This document shows positions 8,111 through 14,823 of a stretch of 15,279 nt of DNA, piece by piece. The stretch lies in IMG/VR virus record IMGVR_UViG_2531839149_000015; one strand, given 5' to 3'. A model generated the notes under the pieces. It had not been told where the DNA came from, did not search any database, and saw only the letters and a list, made by a program, of their open reading frames with translations. The stretch is from a virus (lineage: Duplodnaviria; Heunggongvirae; Uroviricota; Caudoviricetes). The position numbers and the translations under genes are program-made. Position 1 is the first letter of the stretch, and the number at the start of each line of letters is the position of its first letter.

Positions 8111-8737
8111 TTAGAGTTCGTATTGAACTCCTTTGACTACACCAATGATAAGGCAATTACCATTGATAGGGATGTTGGGATACCGAGGATTTAATGGTAC
8201 TAAAAACTTTTGAGGGCCATCGATGACTAATTTTTTTACTGTAGCTTCGTTTGTTCCATCAAGTCGAGCGATGACTATTTTTCCATGACGAGGTTCTGCA
8301 TCTGGATCTACAATCACTGTTGCGCCTTCTGGTATTGTTGGGAGGCCATTAGGGTTAGTCATGGAGTCACCTTTAACCTCTAATGCAAATGAGTTATCAC
8401 CAACCTTTAATGATGTATCTACCCACTTGTCCACTTCACTAAACACTTCTGCTGCCCTGCACTCAGTAAACTGCCCAGCCTGAACCCACGATATTACAGG
8501 AACTCTGCGCATGTTTGTGACGAGTTTGCCTTCAAACTCAGCACCATAAAGAATGTAATCTATTGACGTATTGAAGAACTTCGCTAATTTCGAAAGTGCC
8601 TCCCCACCAGGGGTATTGATGTCTTTCTCCCAGTACCCCACAGCAACGTCGCTTACTCCACAAAATTTACCCAATTCTTTCTGGGACGTTCTGGTAACTC
8701 TTCTCAGAGCTTTTATACGCTGACCAACCGTTTCCAT
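8111..8737 (-). CDS. cI: CI-like repressor (XRE-type HTH plus S24 LexA-like autopeptidase domain)
   Basis: 208 aa; N-terminal HTH (QKELGKFCGVSDVAVGYWE), C-terminal S24 signature with GDSM serine and KKL lysine; divergent from a cro-like gene. Confidence 0.85.
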   Translation of the reverse strand: METVGQRIKALRRVTRTSQKELGKFCGVSDVAVGYWEKDINTPGGEALSKLAKFFNTSIDYILYGAEFEGKLVTNMRRVPVISWVQAGQFTECRAAEVFSEVDKWVDTSLKVGDNSFALEVKGDSMTNPNGLPTIPEGATVIVDPDAEPRHGKIVIARLDGTNEATVKKLVIDGPQKFLVPLNPRYPNIPINGNCLIIGVVKGVQYEL

Positions 8738-8759
8738 AGGAGCACCATTTCTTTAATTG

Positions 8760-8822
8760 CTAAGTAATCTTAGTTTTTATTGACCAAAGATAGATTTGTA
8801 ATTAGCATCTAATAAAACTTAG
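8760..8822. promoter_or_regulatory. Divergent immunity promoter/operator region (two palindromic 14-mers flanking a sigma70-like promoter)
   Basis: O1 CTAAG-TAAT-CTTAG (8760-8773); -35 TTGACC (8780-8785); 17-bp spacer; -10 TAGCAT (8803-8808); O2 CTAAT-AAAA-CTTAG (8809-8822); RBS GGAGG (8826-8830); cro ATG 8835. Confidence 0.5.
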
Positions 8823-8834
8823 TTTGGAGGGCGT

Positions 8835-9035
8835 ATGACAACTGACGATATCGAAAGCTACTTCGGCAGTATTGAGAAAGTTGCTGCTTTTTTCGGCATA
8901 ACAACTGAAGCCGTTTATCAGTGGCGAAACCGTCCGGGCCAGTTAATTCCAAAAGGACGTGCAGCAGAAGCTGCATATAGAACTTGCGGACGGTTGCCAT
9001 TTAAACCTGAGCTTTATGAAAAATCTAATGGATAA
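8835..9035 (+). CDS. Cro-like small HTH regulator (YdaS/Cro-type)
   Basis: 66 aa; HTH (EKVAAFFGITTEAVYQWRNR); first gene of the rightward operon opposite cI. Confidence 0.7.
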   Translation: MTTDDIESYFGSIEKVAAFFGITTEAVYQWRNRPGQLIPKGRAAEAAYRTCGRLPFKPELYEKSNG

Positions 9036-9630
9036 ATCGATTAACAGAAACCACAGAACGATGAGGCTAACCGTGGGTAAGCATCACTGGAAAGTAGAAA
9101 AACAGCCTGAGTGGTACGTGAAAGCTGTCAGAAAAACTATCGCAGCGTTGCCGGGGGGTTACGCTGAAGCAGCTGACTGGCTGGATGTAACAGAGAACGC
9201 ATTATTTAACCGCCTTCGTGCCGATGGCGATCAGATTTTCCCGCTGGGATGGGCAATGATTTTGCAACGTGCTGGTGGAACTCACTTCATTGCTGACGCT
9301 GTGGCGCAGTCTGCAAATGGCGTCTTTGTGTCTCTTCCTGACGTCGAGGATGTGGACAACGCCGATATTAACCAGCGTCTGCTGGAAGTCATTGAACAGA
9401 TCGGCAGTTATTCAAAACAGATTCGTTCAGCAATCGAAGACGGTGTAGTGGAACCGCATGAGAAGACAGCAATTAACGACGAGCTGTATCTCTCAATTTC
9501 GAAGCTGCAGGAGCATGCAGCACTTGTCTACAAAATTTTTTGCATTTCAGAAAGTAATGACGCCCGCGAGTGTGCAGCTCCGGGCGTCGTGGCGTCGATT
9601 GCTTCTGGTTGTGGAGAAACTAACGCATGA
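9016..9630 (+). CDS. CII-like / YdaT-type phage regulatory protein
   Basis: Start uncertain (ATG 9016 or 9028, overlapping the cro end; ORF track begins 8959). Position after cro and general features suggest a CII/CP76-type regulator; assignment is by synteny and memory. Confidence 0.5.
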   Translation: MKNLMDKSINRNHRTMRLTVGKHHWKVEKQPEWYVKAVRKTIAALPGGYAEAADWLDVTENALFNRLRADGDQIFPLGWAMILQRAGGTHFIADAVAQSANGVFVSLPDVEDVDNADINQRLLEVIEQIGSYSKQIRSAIEDGVVEPHEKTAINDELYLSISKLQEHAALVYKIFCISESNDARECAAPGVVASIASGCGETNA

Positions 9631-9965
9631 ACAGTTTAACAACACACTACCGTCGCTCGCAACTGATTGCGCTTCCTGTACCGGGTGGAAAAGCGAAGGT
9701 GGAGTATTGCTATGCAGTAAATGTACCAGGTGACAGGGAAATTGTAACCCACAGCTTTGCAGAGTGGGCTGTGGGTGATTTCAACCGGCAGAAGGAGACA
9801 GTCCTTTGCGACAAGTTAACCGCTGGTTCAAAGATCACTACGGAGTGCCCGTCAGAGTCATTCGTTGGGAACCGGAAACACAACGGGTTATCTACCTCCG
9901 CGAAGGCTATGAGCATGAGTGCTTCAGCCCGCTCGAACAGTTTCGTCGTAAATTCAGGGAAATAG
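9627..9965 (+). CDS. Hypothetical ORF coupled to the upstream gene; 3' portion probably not real
   Basis: ATG overlaps the upstream stop (ATGA). The C-terminal half is Ser-rich and low-complexity, and it overlaps a better-looking ORF in another frame (9806-9985). Confidence 0.3.
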   Translation: MNSLTTHYRRSQLIALPVPGGKAKVEYCYAVNVPGDREIVTHSFAEWAVGDFNRQKETVLCDKLTAGSKITTECPSESFVGNRKHNGLSTSAKAMSMSASARSNSFVVNSGK

Positions 9966-9985
9966 AGGTCGGTCATGAGCACTAA
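9806..9985 (+). CDS. Small conserved phage protein (59 aa, TTG start); resembles DUF4222-type proteins found upstream of replication genes
   Basis: RBS AAGGAGA (9792-9798) 7 nt before TTG 9806; translation [59 protein letters not shown] has natural-protein composition; stop overlaps the start of the replication gene (coupling). Not in the ORF track because of the TTG start and length. Confidence 0.45.
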   Translation: MRQVNRWFKDHYGVPVRVIRWEPETQRVIYLREGYEHECFSPLEQFRRKFREIEVGHEH

Positions 9986-10916
9986 ATTAACCGGCTATGT
10001 ATGGGATGGTTGCGCTGCATCAGGCATGAAGTTATCCAGCGTGGCAATTATGGCCCGCCTGGCTGATTTCAGTAATGACGAAGGTGTGTGCTGGCCATCA
10101 ATTGAAACCATTGCCCGTCAGATTGGCGCGGGGATGAGTACCGTCAGAACGGCTATCGCACGGCTGGAAGCAGAAGGCTGGTTAACGCGTAAGGCGCGTC
10201 GCCAGGGTAACCGCAATGCGTCGAATGTTTATCAGCTTAACGTTGCGAAGCTTCAGGCAGCGGCATTTTCTCAACTGTCAGATTCTGACCCGTCAAAATC
10301 TGACGCATCAAAATCTGACCCGTCAAAATTTGATGCGTCGAAATCTGGCAAAAAAGCGGGTTTTCACCCGTCAGAATCTGGCGGGGATCCGTCAGTAAAA
10401 TCAAAACATGATCCGTCAGATAAAAAACCTTCTCGTCCGGACGCTTCGCAACCGGACACGCAGACGGATGAACAGGATTTTTTAACTCGCCATCCTGATG
10501 CGGTTGTATTCAGCCCTAAAAAGCGCCAGTGGGGGACGCAGGATGATTTGACCTGCGCACAGTGGCTCTGGAAAAAAATCATCGCCCTGTACGAGCAGGC
10601 TGCCGAATGTGACAGCGAGGTGGTTCGTCCCAAAGAACCGAACTGGACAGCCTGGGCAAACGAAATTCGCCTGATGTGTGTGCAGGATGGTCGTACTCAC
10701 AAACAAATCTGCGAGATGTACAGCCGCGTCAGCCGCGATCCGTTCTGGTGCCGTAACGTGCTCAGCCCGTCGAAGCTGCGGGAAAAATGGGATGAGCTTT
10801 CCCTGCGCTTATCGCCGTCCGTCAGCACGTACACAGAAAAACGCGAAGACCCGTACTTCAAAGCCAGTTACGACAATGTGGACTACAGCCAGATCCCGGC
10901 AGGATTCAGGGGGTGA
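9975..10916 (+). CDS. Phage replication initiation protein (N-terminal winged-helix DNA-binding domain, pentapeptide-repeat linker, C-terminal domain)
   Basis: 313 aa; N-terminal HTH (SIETIARQIGAGMSTVRTAIARLEAEGWL); central PSKSD/ASKSD repeats encoded by 15-bp DNA iterons; occupies the gene-O position after the cII-like gene. Confidence 0.75.
   Translation: MSTKLTGYVWDGCAASGMKLSSVAIMARLADFSNDEGVCWPSIETIARQIGAGMSTVRTAIARLEAEGWLTRKARRQGNRNASNVYQLNVAKLQAAAFSQLSDSDPSKSDASKSDPSKFDASKSGKKAGFHPSESGGDPSVKSKHDPSDKKPSRPDASQPDTQTDEQDFLTRHPDAVVFSPKKRQWGTQDDLTCAQWLWKKIIALYEQAAECDSEVVRPKEPNWTAWANEIRLMCVQDGRTHKQICEMYSRVSRDPFWCRNVLSPSKLREKWDELSLRLSPSVSTYTEKREDPYFKASYDNVDYSQIPAGFRG
10275..10349. repeat. Five contiguous 15-bp iterons inside the replication gene (candidate origin), with degenerate copies to about 10427
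   Basis: CTGTCAGATTCTGAC / CCGTCAAAATCTGAC / GCATCAAAATCTGAC / CCGTCAAAATTTGAT / GCGTCGAAATCTGGC; further CCGTCAGAATCTGGC (10368), CCGTCAGTAAAATC (10389), CCGTCAGATAAAAAA (10413) with A-rich stretches. Confidence 0.6.
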
Positions 10917-10918
10917 GC

Positions 10919-11407
10919 ATGAGTCTTTTGAATGACGTTCAGAAATTCATTGAAGCCCATCCGGGCTGTACTTCCGGAGACATTGCGGATGCTTTTGCAG
11001 GTTACTCACGGCAGCGCGTTCTGCAGTCAGCAAGCAAGTTACGTCAGAGTGGGCGTGTGGCTCACCGTTGTGAAGGAGATACACACAGACATTTCCCGCG
11101 CCTGACTGAGAGAGCGCAGGATCCGGAACCACAACCAGTTCGTGAAACCAGACCTGTGCGCAATTTCTATGTCGGCACTAACGACCCGCGGGTGATTTTG
11201 TGCCTGACCCGCCAGGCGGAAGAACTGGAGTCCAGGGGCTTATACCGTCGTGCTGCAACGGTGTGGATGGCGGCATTCCGTGAAAGCCACTCCCTGCCAG
11301 AACGAAACAATTTTTTGGCGCGTCGTGAACGGTGTTTACGGAAAAGCAGTAAGCGGGCTGCATCAGGTGAAGAGTGGTATCTCTCAGGGAATTACGTGGG
11401 GGCTTAA
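10919..11407 (+). CDS. Hypothetical protein with C-terminal PerC-like motif
   Basis: ATG 10919 (RBS AGGGGG; overlaps upstream stop). C-terminal LTRQAEELESRGLYRRAATVWM closely parallels RKAEELESKGLYRRAAARWM of the PerC-family ORF at 13738. No Walker motifs, so not a P/DnaC-type helicase loader. Confidence 0.6.
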   Translation: MSLLNDVQKFIEAHPGCTSGDIADAFAGYSRQRVLQSASKLRQSGRVAHRCEGDTHRHFPRLTERAQDPEPQPVRETRPVRNFYVGTNDPRVILCLTRQAEELESRGLYRRAATVWMAAFRESHSLPERNNFLARRERCLRKSSKRAASGEEWYLSGNYVGA

Positions 11408-12060
11408 TGAGTAATAAATATTGCCAGGCGCTGGTGGAACTGCGGAACAAACCAGCCCATGAACTGAAGGAAGTGGGCGATCAGTGGCGCACGCCGGACA
11501 ACATTTTCTGGGGAATTAACACCCTGTTTGGCCCGTTTGTTCTGGATCTGTTCACTGACGGTGATAACGCCAAATGTGCTGCGTATTACACGGCGGAAGA
11601 CAACGCGCTGGCGCATGACTGGTCAGAACGCCTTGCGGAGCTTAAAGGTGCTGCCTTTGGTAATCCCCCATACAGCCGCGCCAGTCAGCATGAGGGGCAA
11701 TACATCACCGGCATGCGTTACATCATGAAGCATGCCAGTGCCATGCGTGATAAAGGCGGGCGCTATGTTTTCCTGATCAAAGCTGCCACCAGCGAAGTGT
11801 GGTGGCCGGAAGATGTAGAACATATTGCTTTTATTCGCGGGCGTATTGGTTTTGAACTGCCTGCCTGGTTTATCCCGAAGGATGAGAAGCAGGTGCCGAC
11901 AGGCGCTTTCTTCGCTGGTGCTATTGCTGTTTTCGACAAGACCTGGAAGGGACCGGCAATCAGCTACATCGGGCGCGATGAACTTGAGGCATGTGGTGAG
12001 GCCTTTCTGGCGCAGATTCGCCAGCAGGCAGAAAAACTGGTCAGGGAGATGGCGGCATGA
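11407..12060 (+). CDS. Phage-type DNA N6-adenine methyltransferase
   Basis: Start at ATG 11407 overlapping the upstream stop; catalytic NPPY motif (AAFGNPPYSR); size about 217 aa typical of phage Dam-family enzymes. Confidence 0.8.
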   Translation: MSNKYCQALVELRNKPAHELKEVGDQWRTPDNIFWGINTLFGPFVLDLFTDGDNAKCAAYYTAEDNALAHDWSERLAELKGAAFGNPPYSRASQHEGQYITGMRYIMKHASAMRDKGGRYVFLIKAATSEVWWPEDVEHIAFIRGRIGFELPAWFIPKDEKQVPTGAFFAGAIAVFDKTWKGPAISYIGRDELEACGEAFLAQIRQQAEKLVREMAA

Positions 12061-12383
12061 CGACGTTAACTCAATGCCAGCAGCAGGTGCTGGATATGCT
12101 GATTTCTTATCAGAAAGAACGCGGCTTCCCGCCAACCAATCAGGAGGTGGCAACCATGCTGGGATACCGTTCGGTGAATGCAGCGGTGGAGCATCTTCGC
12201 GCACTGGAGAAAAAAGGCGTCATCACGATAAAGCGTGGTGTGGCCCGGGGGATCACGCTTCATACCGCGGTGAAGGACGACGACAGCGAGGCGGTCGGGA
12301 TTATCCGCTCACTGCTTGCCGGTGAGGAAAACGCAAGGCTGCGTGCAGCCCACTGGTTACATGAGAGGGGGCTGAAAGTATGA
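12057..12383 (+). CDS. LexA N-terminal DNA-binding-domain-like protein (no peptidase domain)
   Basis: 108 aa; MTTLTQCQQQVLDMLISYQKERGFPPTNQEVATMLGYRSVNAAVEHLRALEKKGVI parallels the LexA winged-helix domain; ends without an S24 domain. ATGA overlap with the Dam stop. Confidence 0.6.
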   Translation: MTTLTQCQQQVLDMLISYQKERGFPPTNQEVATMLGYRSVNAAVEHLRALEKKGVITIKRGVARGITLHTAVKDDDSEAVGIIRSLLAGEENARLRAAHWLHERGLKV

Positions 12384-12592
12384 AGCTGATTCTGCCTTTT
12401 CCACCCAGCGTGAACACCTACTGGCGACACCCCAACAAAGGGGCATTTGCTGGTAAGAGCCTGATAAGCGCGGCGGGGCGAAAATTCCAAAGTGCGGCGT
12501 GCACAGCAATAGTTGAGCAGTTACGTCGTCTGCCGAAACCAACGTCGGCACCTGCTTCAGTGGAGATCGTGTTGTTTCCTCCGGATATCTGA
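12380..12592 (+). pseudogene. rusA: Truncated rusA (Holliday-junction resolvase) N-terminal fragment
   Basis: LPFPPSVNTYWRH matches the RusA N-terminal motif; the ORF stops after ...VEIVLFPPDI (70 aa), where full-length RusA would continue with its catalytic acidic residues. No continuation in other frames; downstream sequence is unrelated. Confidence 0.65.
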
Positions 12593-12665
12593 CGTGATAA
12601 ATCGCGTTACATGACATCTCATGTTGTGCTGGTGGTTATCACGACGTTCTGAATCTGGCCTTTGC

Positions 12666-12698
12666 CTGATATTTTGCGACAAGTACGCGCGCGTAGCA
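12666..12698. repeat. Copy A of a ~35-bp imperfect direct repeat containing palindrome TACGCGCGCGTA
   Basis: CTGATATTTTGCGACAAGTACGCGCGCGTAGCA; about 75 bp downstream of the rusA fragment. Confidence 0.55.
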
Positions 12699-12721
12699 TC
12701 GACAGCATACACATTGGATAT

Positions 12722-12943
12722 TCATTTTGTGACCAATGCGATAAGTAGCGGGATAAGAATTGATAAAATCAACAGGCCGATGATCCACTTTTGATTTTCA
12801 CTGGCCTTATCTCTATTTTCATCAATCTTATCAATAATTCGACGCTCCAAGCCGTGCATATCACCGCGAATGGCAATCATCTCATTGCGAACATCCGAGA
12901 AGTGGTTGGCTTGATGTTCAATGTGTGGCGTTCTGCCTTTCAT
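12722..12943 (-). CDS. Small tail-anchored membrane protein (73 aa), unknown function
   Basis: Hydrophilic charged N-terminal region and a single C-terminal hydrophobic helix (WIIGLLILSILIPLLIALV); downstream of and co-oriented with the RHH-like gene. Confidence 0.5.
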   Translation of the reverse strand: MKGRTPHIEHQANHFSDVRNEMIAIRGDMHGLERRIIDKIDENRDKASENQKWIIGLLILSILIPLLIALVTK

Positions 12944-13022
12944 TCCTGATCCTCACCTATCGTCACCACCTGCTGGTGTATAAAGGTATTGGCCCAAGCA
13001 GCTTTCCAATGGGCACTCATGT

Positions 13023-13478
13023 TTATACGCTGACCTTACAATCAATCACCGCTTTTAACTTTTCAGCATTGCTTCCCTGACGCTTCCACGCGCTGTAAAT
13101 ATCTTTATCCCACGCTTTACCAGCTTTTGTTTGATAGCCTGCTTCATTGATCCGTTCAGCTATCACACGCCCATTATCAAATCCCTGTCGGATGGTATCG
13201 GCAATGATCTTTATAACTGCCGTTTCGTTATATGGCTTTGGTGGGATGTTCGGCTTTCCGGCAATAAGCGACGCAGCAGCTTTTTCCATGCGCTCCACCA
13301 GCCCAAGCATTCGTGAATCAATAGACTTTTCCGGCTGTCCCAGCTTCATGCGAATCGCATCAACAAGCCAGGAGGTTTTATCCCCTCCAGAAGCGAGAAC
13401 AGACCGATTAAACTCATCCTGCAATTCAGATGGGATGCGGAACGCGACCAGATTAGATTTGCTCATTGCAAAGACCAT
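13023..13478 (-). CDS. Putative DNA-binding regulator (ribbon-helix-helix-like N-terminus)
   Basis: N-terminal SNLVAFRIPSELQDEFNRSVLASGGDKTSWLVDAIRMKL resembles Arc/CopG-type RHH; C-terminal AGYQTKAGKAWDKDIYSAWKR resembles a recombinase-type DNA-binding helix. Start ambiguous (ATG 13478 or 13466); no clear SD. Confidence 0.55.
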   Translation of the reverse strand: MVFAMSKSNLVAFRIPSELQDEFNRSVLASGGDKTSWLVDAIRMKLGQPEKSIDSRMLGLVERMEKAAASLIAGKPNIPPKPYNETAVIKIIADTIRQGFDNGRVIAERINEAGYQTKAGKAWDKDIYSAWKRQGSNAEKLKAVIDCKVSV

Positions 13479-13580
13479 ATCAGTGAGTAATATCCATACA
13501 GTATATCACTGTATAACACTGTTATACGCTCAAATATCAGCCAGAAAATAACGGGCCAATCACAAAGCTATCGCTGTGTT

Positions 13581-13701
13581 GTTGGTTCAGAGCTGGGCTG
13601 TGTTGGTTCAAAATGAGTTGATGTTGGTTCAATATTTTAGAAAAAACATAATAAAAACAACGATCTTTACAAATTGAACCAACTGAACCAACTGAACCAA
13701 C
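13581..13701. repeat. Iteron-like array: three GTTGGTTCA direct repeats phased at 21 bp, then three tandem inverted copies TGAACCAAC
   Basis: GTTGGTTCA at 13581, 13602, 13623; TGAACCAAC at 13675, 13684, 13693; AT-rich spacer between; lies between divergent genes (13478 minus, 13738 plus). Confidence 0.6.
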
Positions 13702-13737
13702 ACCTTTTTGCTTATCTATATAATCTGAGAGGCAGAA

Positions 13738-14019
13738 ATGATAAGGGACAGGAAAGCTGAAGAGCTGGAGTCAAAAGGGCTATACCGGAGAGCTGCCGCA
13801 CGATGGATGGAAGTCATGCTGTTATGCAGCGAGGACGATGATCGGGAATGGATAAAGCGCCGCCGTGAAACGTGTCTGGAGAACGTGAAGCGCCCGCCCG
13901 TGAAGGTTGAGGAATTTGGCGACCTGCATAAAGCTGTTACCGAAACGCAACACCGCATGGGGATAGCGCAACCGAACGGTAACGCCTTCCGGTTAAATGG
14001 CGGCAAGAGGCAAAGGTAG
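13738..14019 (+). CDS. PerC-family transcriptional activator (Pch-like)
   Basis: 93 aa; MIRDRKAEELESKGLYRRAAARWMEV... matches the PerC/Pch signature as I recall it; RBS GAGAGG upstream. Confidence 0.6.
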   Translation: MIRDRKAEELESKGLYRRAAARWMEVMLLCSEDDDREWIKRRRETCLENVKRPPVKVEEFGDLHKAVTETQHRMGIAQPNGNAFRLNGGKRQR

Positions 14020-14055
14020 ACCACCAGAGGGAAATCATCCTCTGGCTGGCGGTTT

Positions 14056-14090
14056 CTGGTATTTCGGGACAAGTACGCGCGCGCGTAGCA
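14056..14090. repeat. Copy B of the ~35-bp imperfect direct repeat
   Basis: CTGGTATTTCGGGACAAGTACGCGCGCGCGTAGCA; three mismatches and a 2-bp CG expansion relative to copy A; about 40 bp after the PerC-family stop. Confidence 0.55.
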
Positions 14091-14316
14091 CCCAATCGGT
14101 GAGGAAATAGCGGCGACCTGAATGGTCAAAATCACAACGCAGCTATCCCCGTAAGCAGCGCTTAACGGAATAGCAGTAACCTGAATCCAGTGGGGAGGGG
14201 GTAGTCAAATCTCTACAGCCCTGACTATCCGGGACTGCCCGCCCCATCGTTTTTTTATACCCGCGAAAAATGAAATTTAATCCGGGCGTGTTTCATCCTT
14301 CCAGAGGGTATGACGT

Positions 14317-14502
14317 ATGACACCACGCGAAATAGCTTTATTGACCACCGCCAAACTGGAGCACGAAGGCCACCAGCTAACCCCGGCAGATCAACGGGAG
14401 ATAGAACGCTCAGTTAATGCCAATATAGCCCGGCGTGACAAATTTCGCGAAATGATGCGATCCCCCGCCTACCAGTGGAAGAAGCCTGCGCCGCGCAGGT
14501 AG
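14317..14502 (+). CDS. Small hypothetical basic protein (61 aa)
   Basis: ATG 14317 preceded by AGAGGG; hydrophilic with a basic C-terminus; no recognisable motif. Could be a partner of the downstream Panacea gene or a spurious ORF. Confidence 0.35.
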   Translation: MTPREIALLTTAKLEHEGHQLTPADQREIERSVNANIARRDKFREMMRSPAYQWKKPAPRR

Positions 14503-14823
14503 ATTACCTTTATTCACCTTTATATATTCGAACAACAAAACCTCTCGCAGGTCTCGCCAATAAAGGGATATAGCAGTAACTATGACCGCCGAATGGCAAA
14601 GCTACGATGCAAGTCGCTGGTTTCCAAACTTGAGGTTTCCAGGACGGTTTCAACCAAATTGCGGATTATCAGCCAAACGCACCGGGTATCTTGCGCGGTG
14701 GATGGTGAGCCATCACGCAGAATCTTTAAATGGCATTTTACGATGGGCAATACCCGTGGTTATATGCGATTATTAACGGTAGTGGACAGTTATAGACGAA
14801 AACATACGGCAGGAGATTGGATA

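Noticed and set aside
10275-10427. CRISPR array
   Set aside because: The 15-bp units are contiguous with no spacers, lie inside a coding frame as pentapeptide repeats, and there are no cas genes; they are read as iterons.
10913-10918. GTG start at 10913 for the PerC-like-tailed protein
   Set aside because: It overlaps the upstream stop codon; the ATG at 10919 has better spacing to the AGGGGG RBS. The two starts differ by only two codons.
11623-12204. 193-aa minus-strand ORF, and other antisense ORFs (e.g. 620-820, 1027-1272, 2210-2440, 4038-4343, 5057-5242, 5749-5994, 7482-7781, 10364-10706, 13147-13551, 13716-14135)
   Set aside because: Each lies entirely antisense to a well-supported gene with motifs and RBS, and has biased non-protein-like composition; shadow ORFs.
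13490-13530. LexA (SOS) box in the near-palindromic ACAGTATATCACTGTATAACACTGTTATAC
   Set aside because: The half-sites face the wrong way (CAG...CTG); no CTGT-N8-ACAG match on either strand.
14593-14823. Long N-terminal extension of the Panacea gene (MAKLRCKSLVSK...) and the overlapping 14582-14776 ORF
   Set aside because: No RBS; R/S/C/W-rich composition; the strong RBS and domain start at 14824 give a protein of typical Panacea size.
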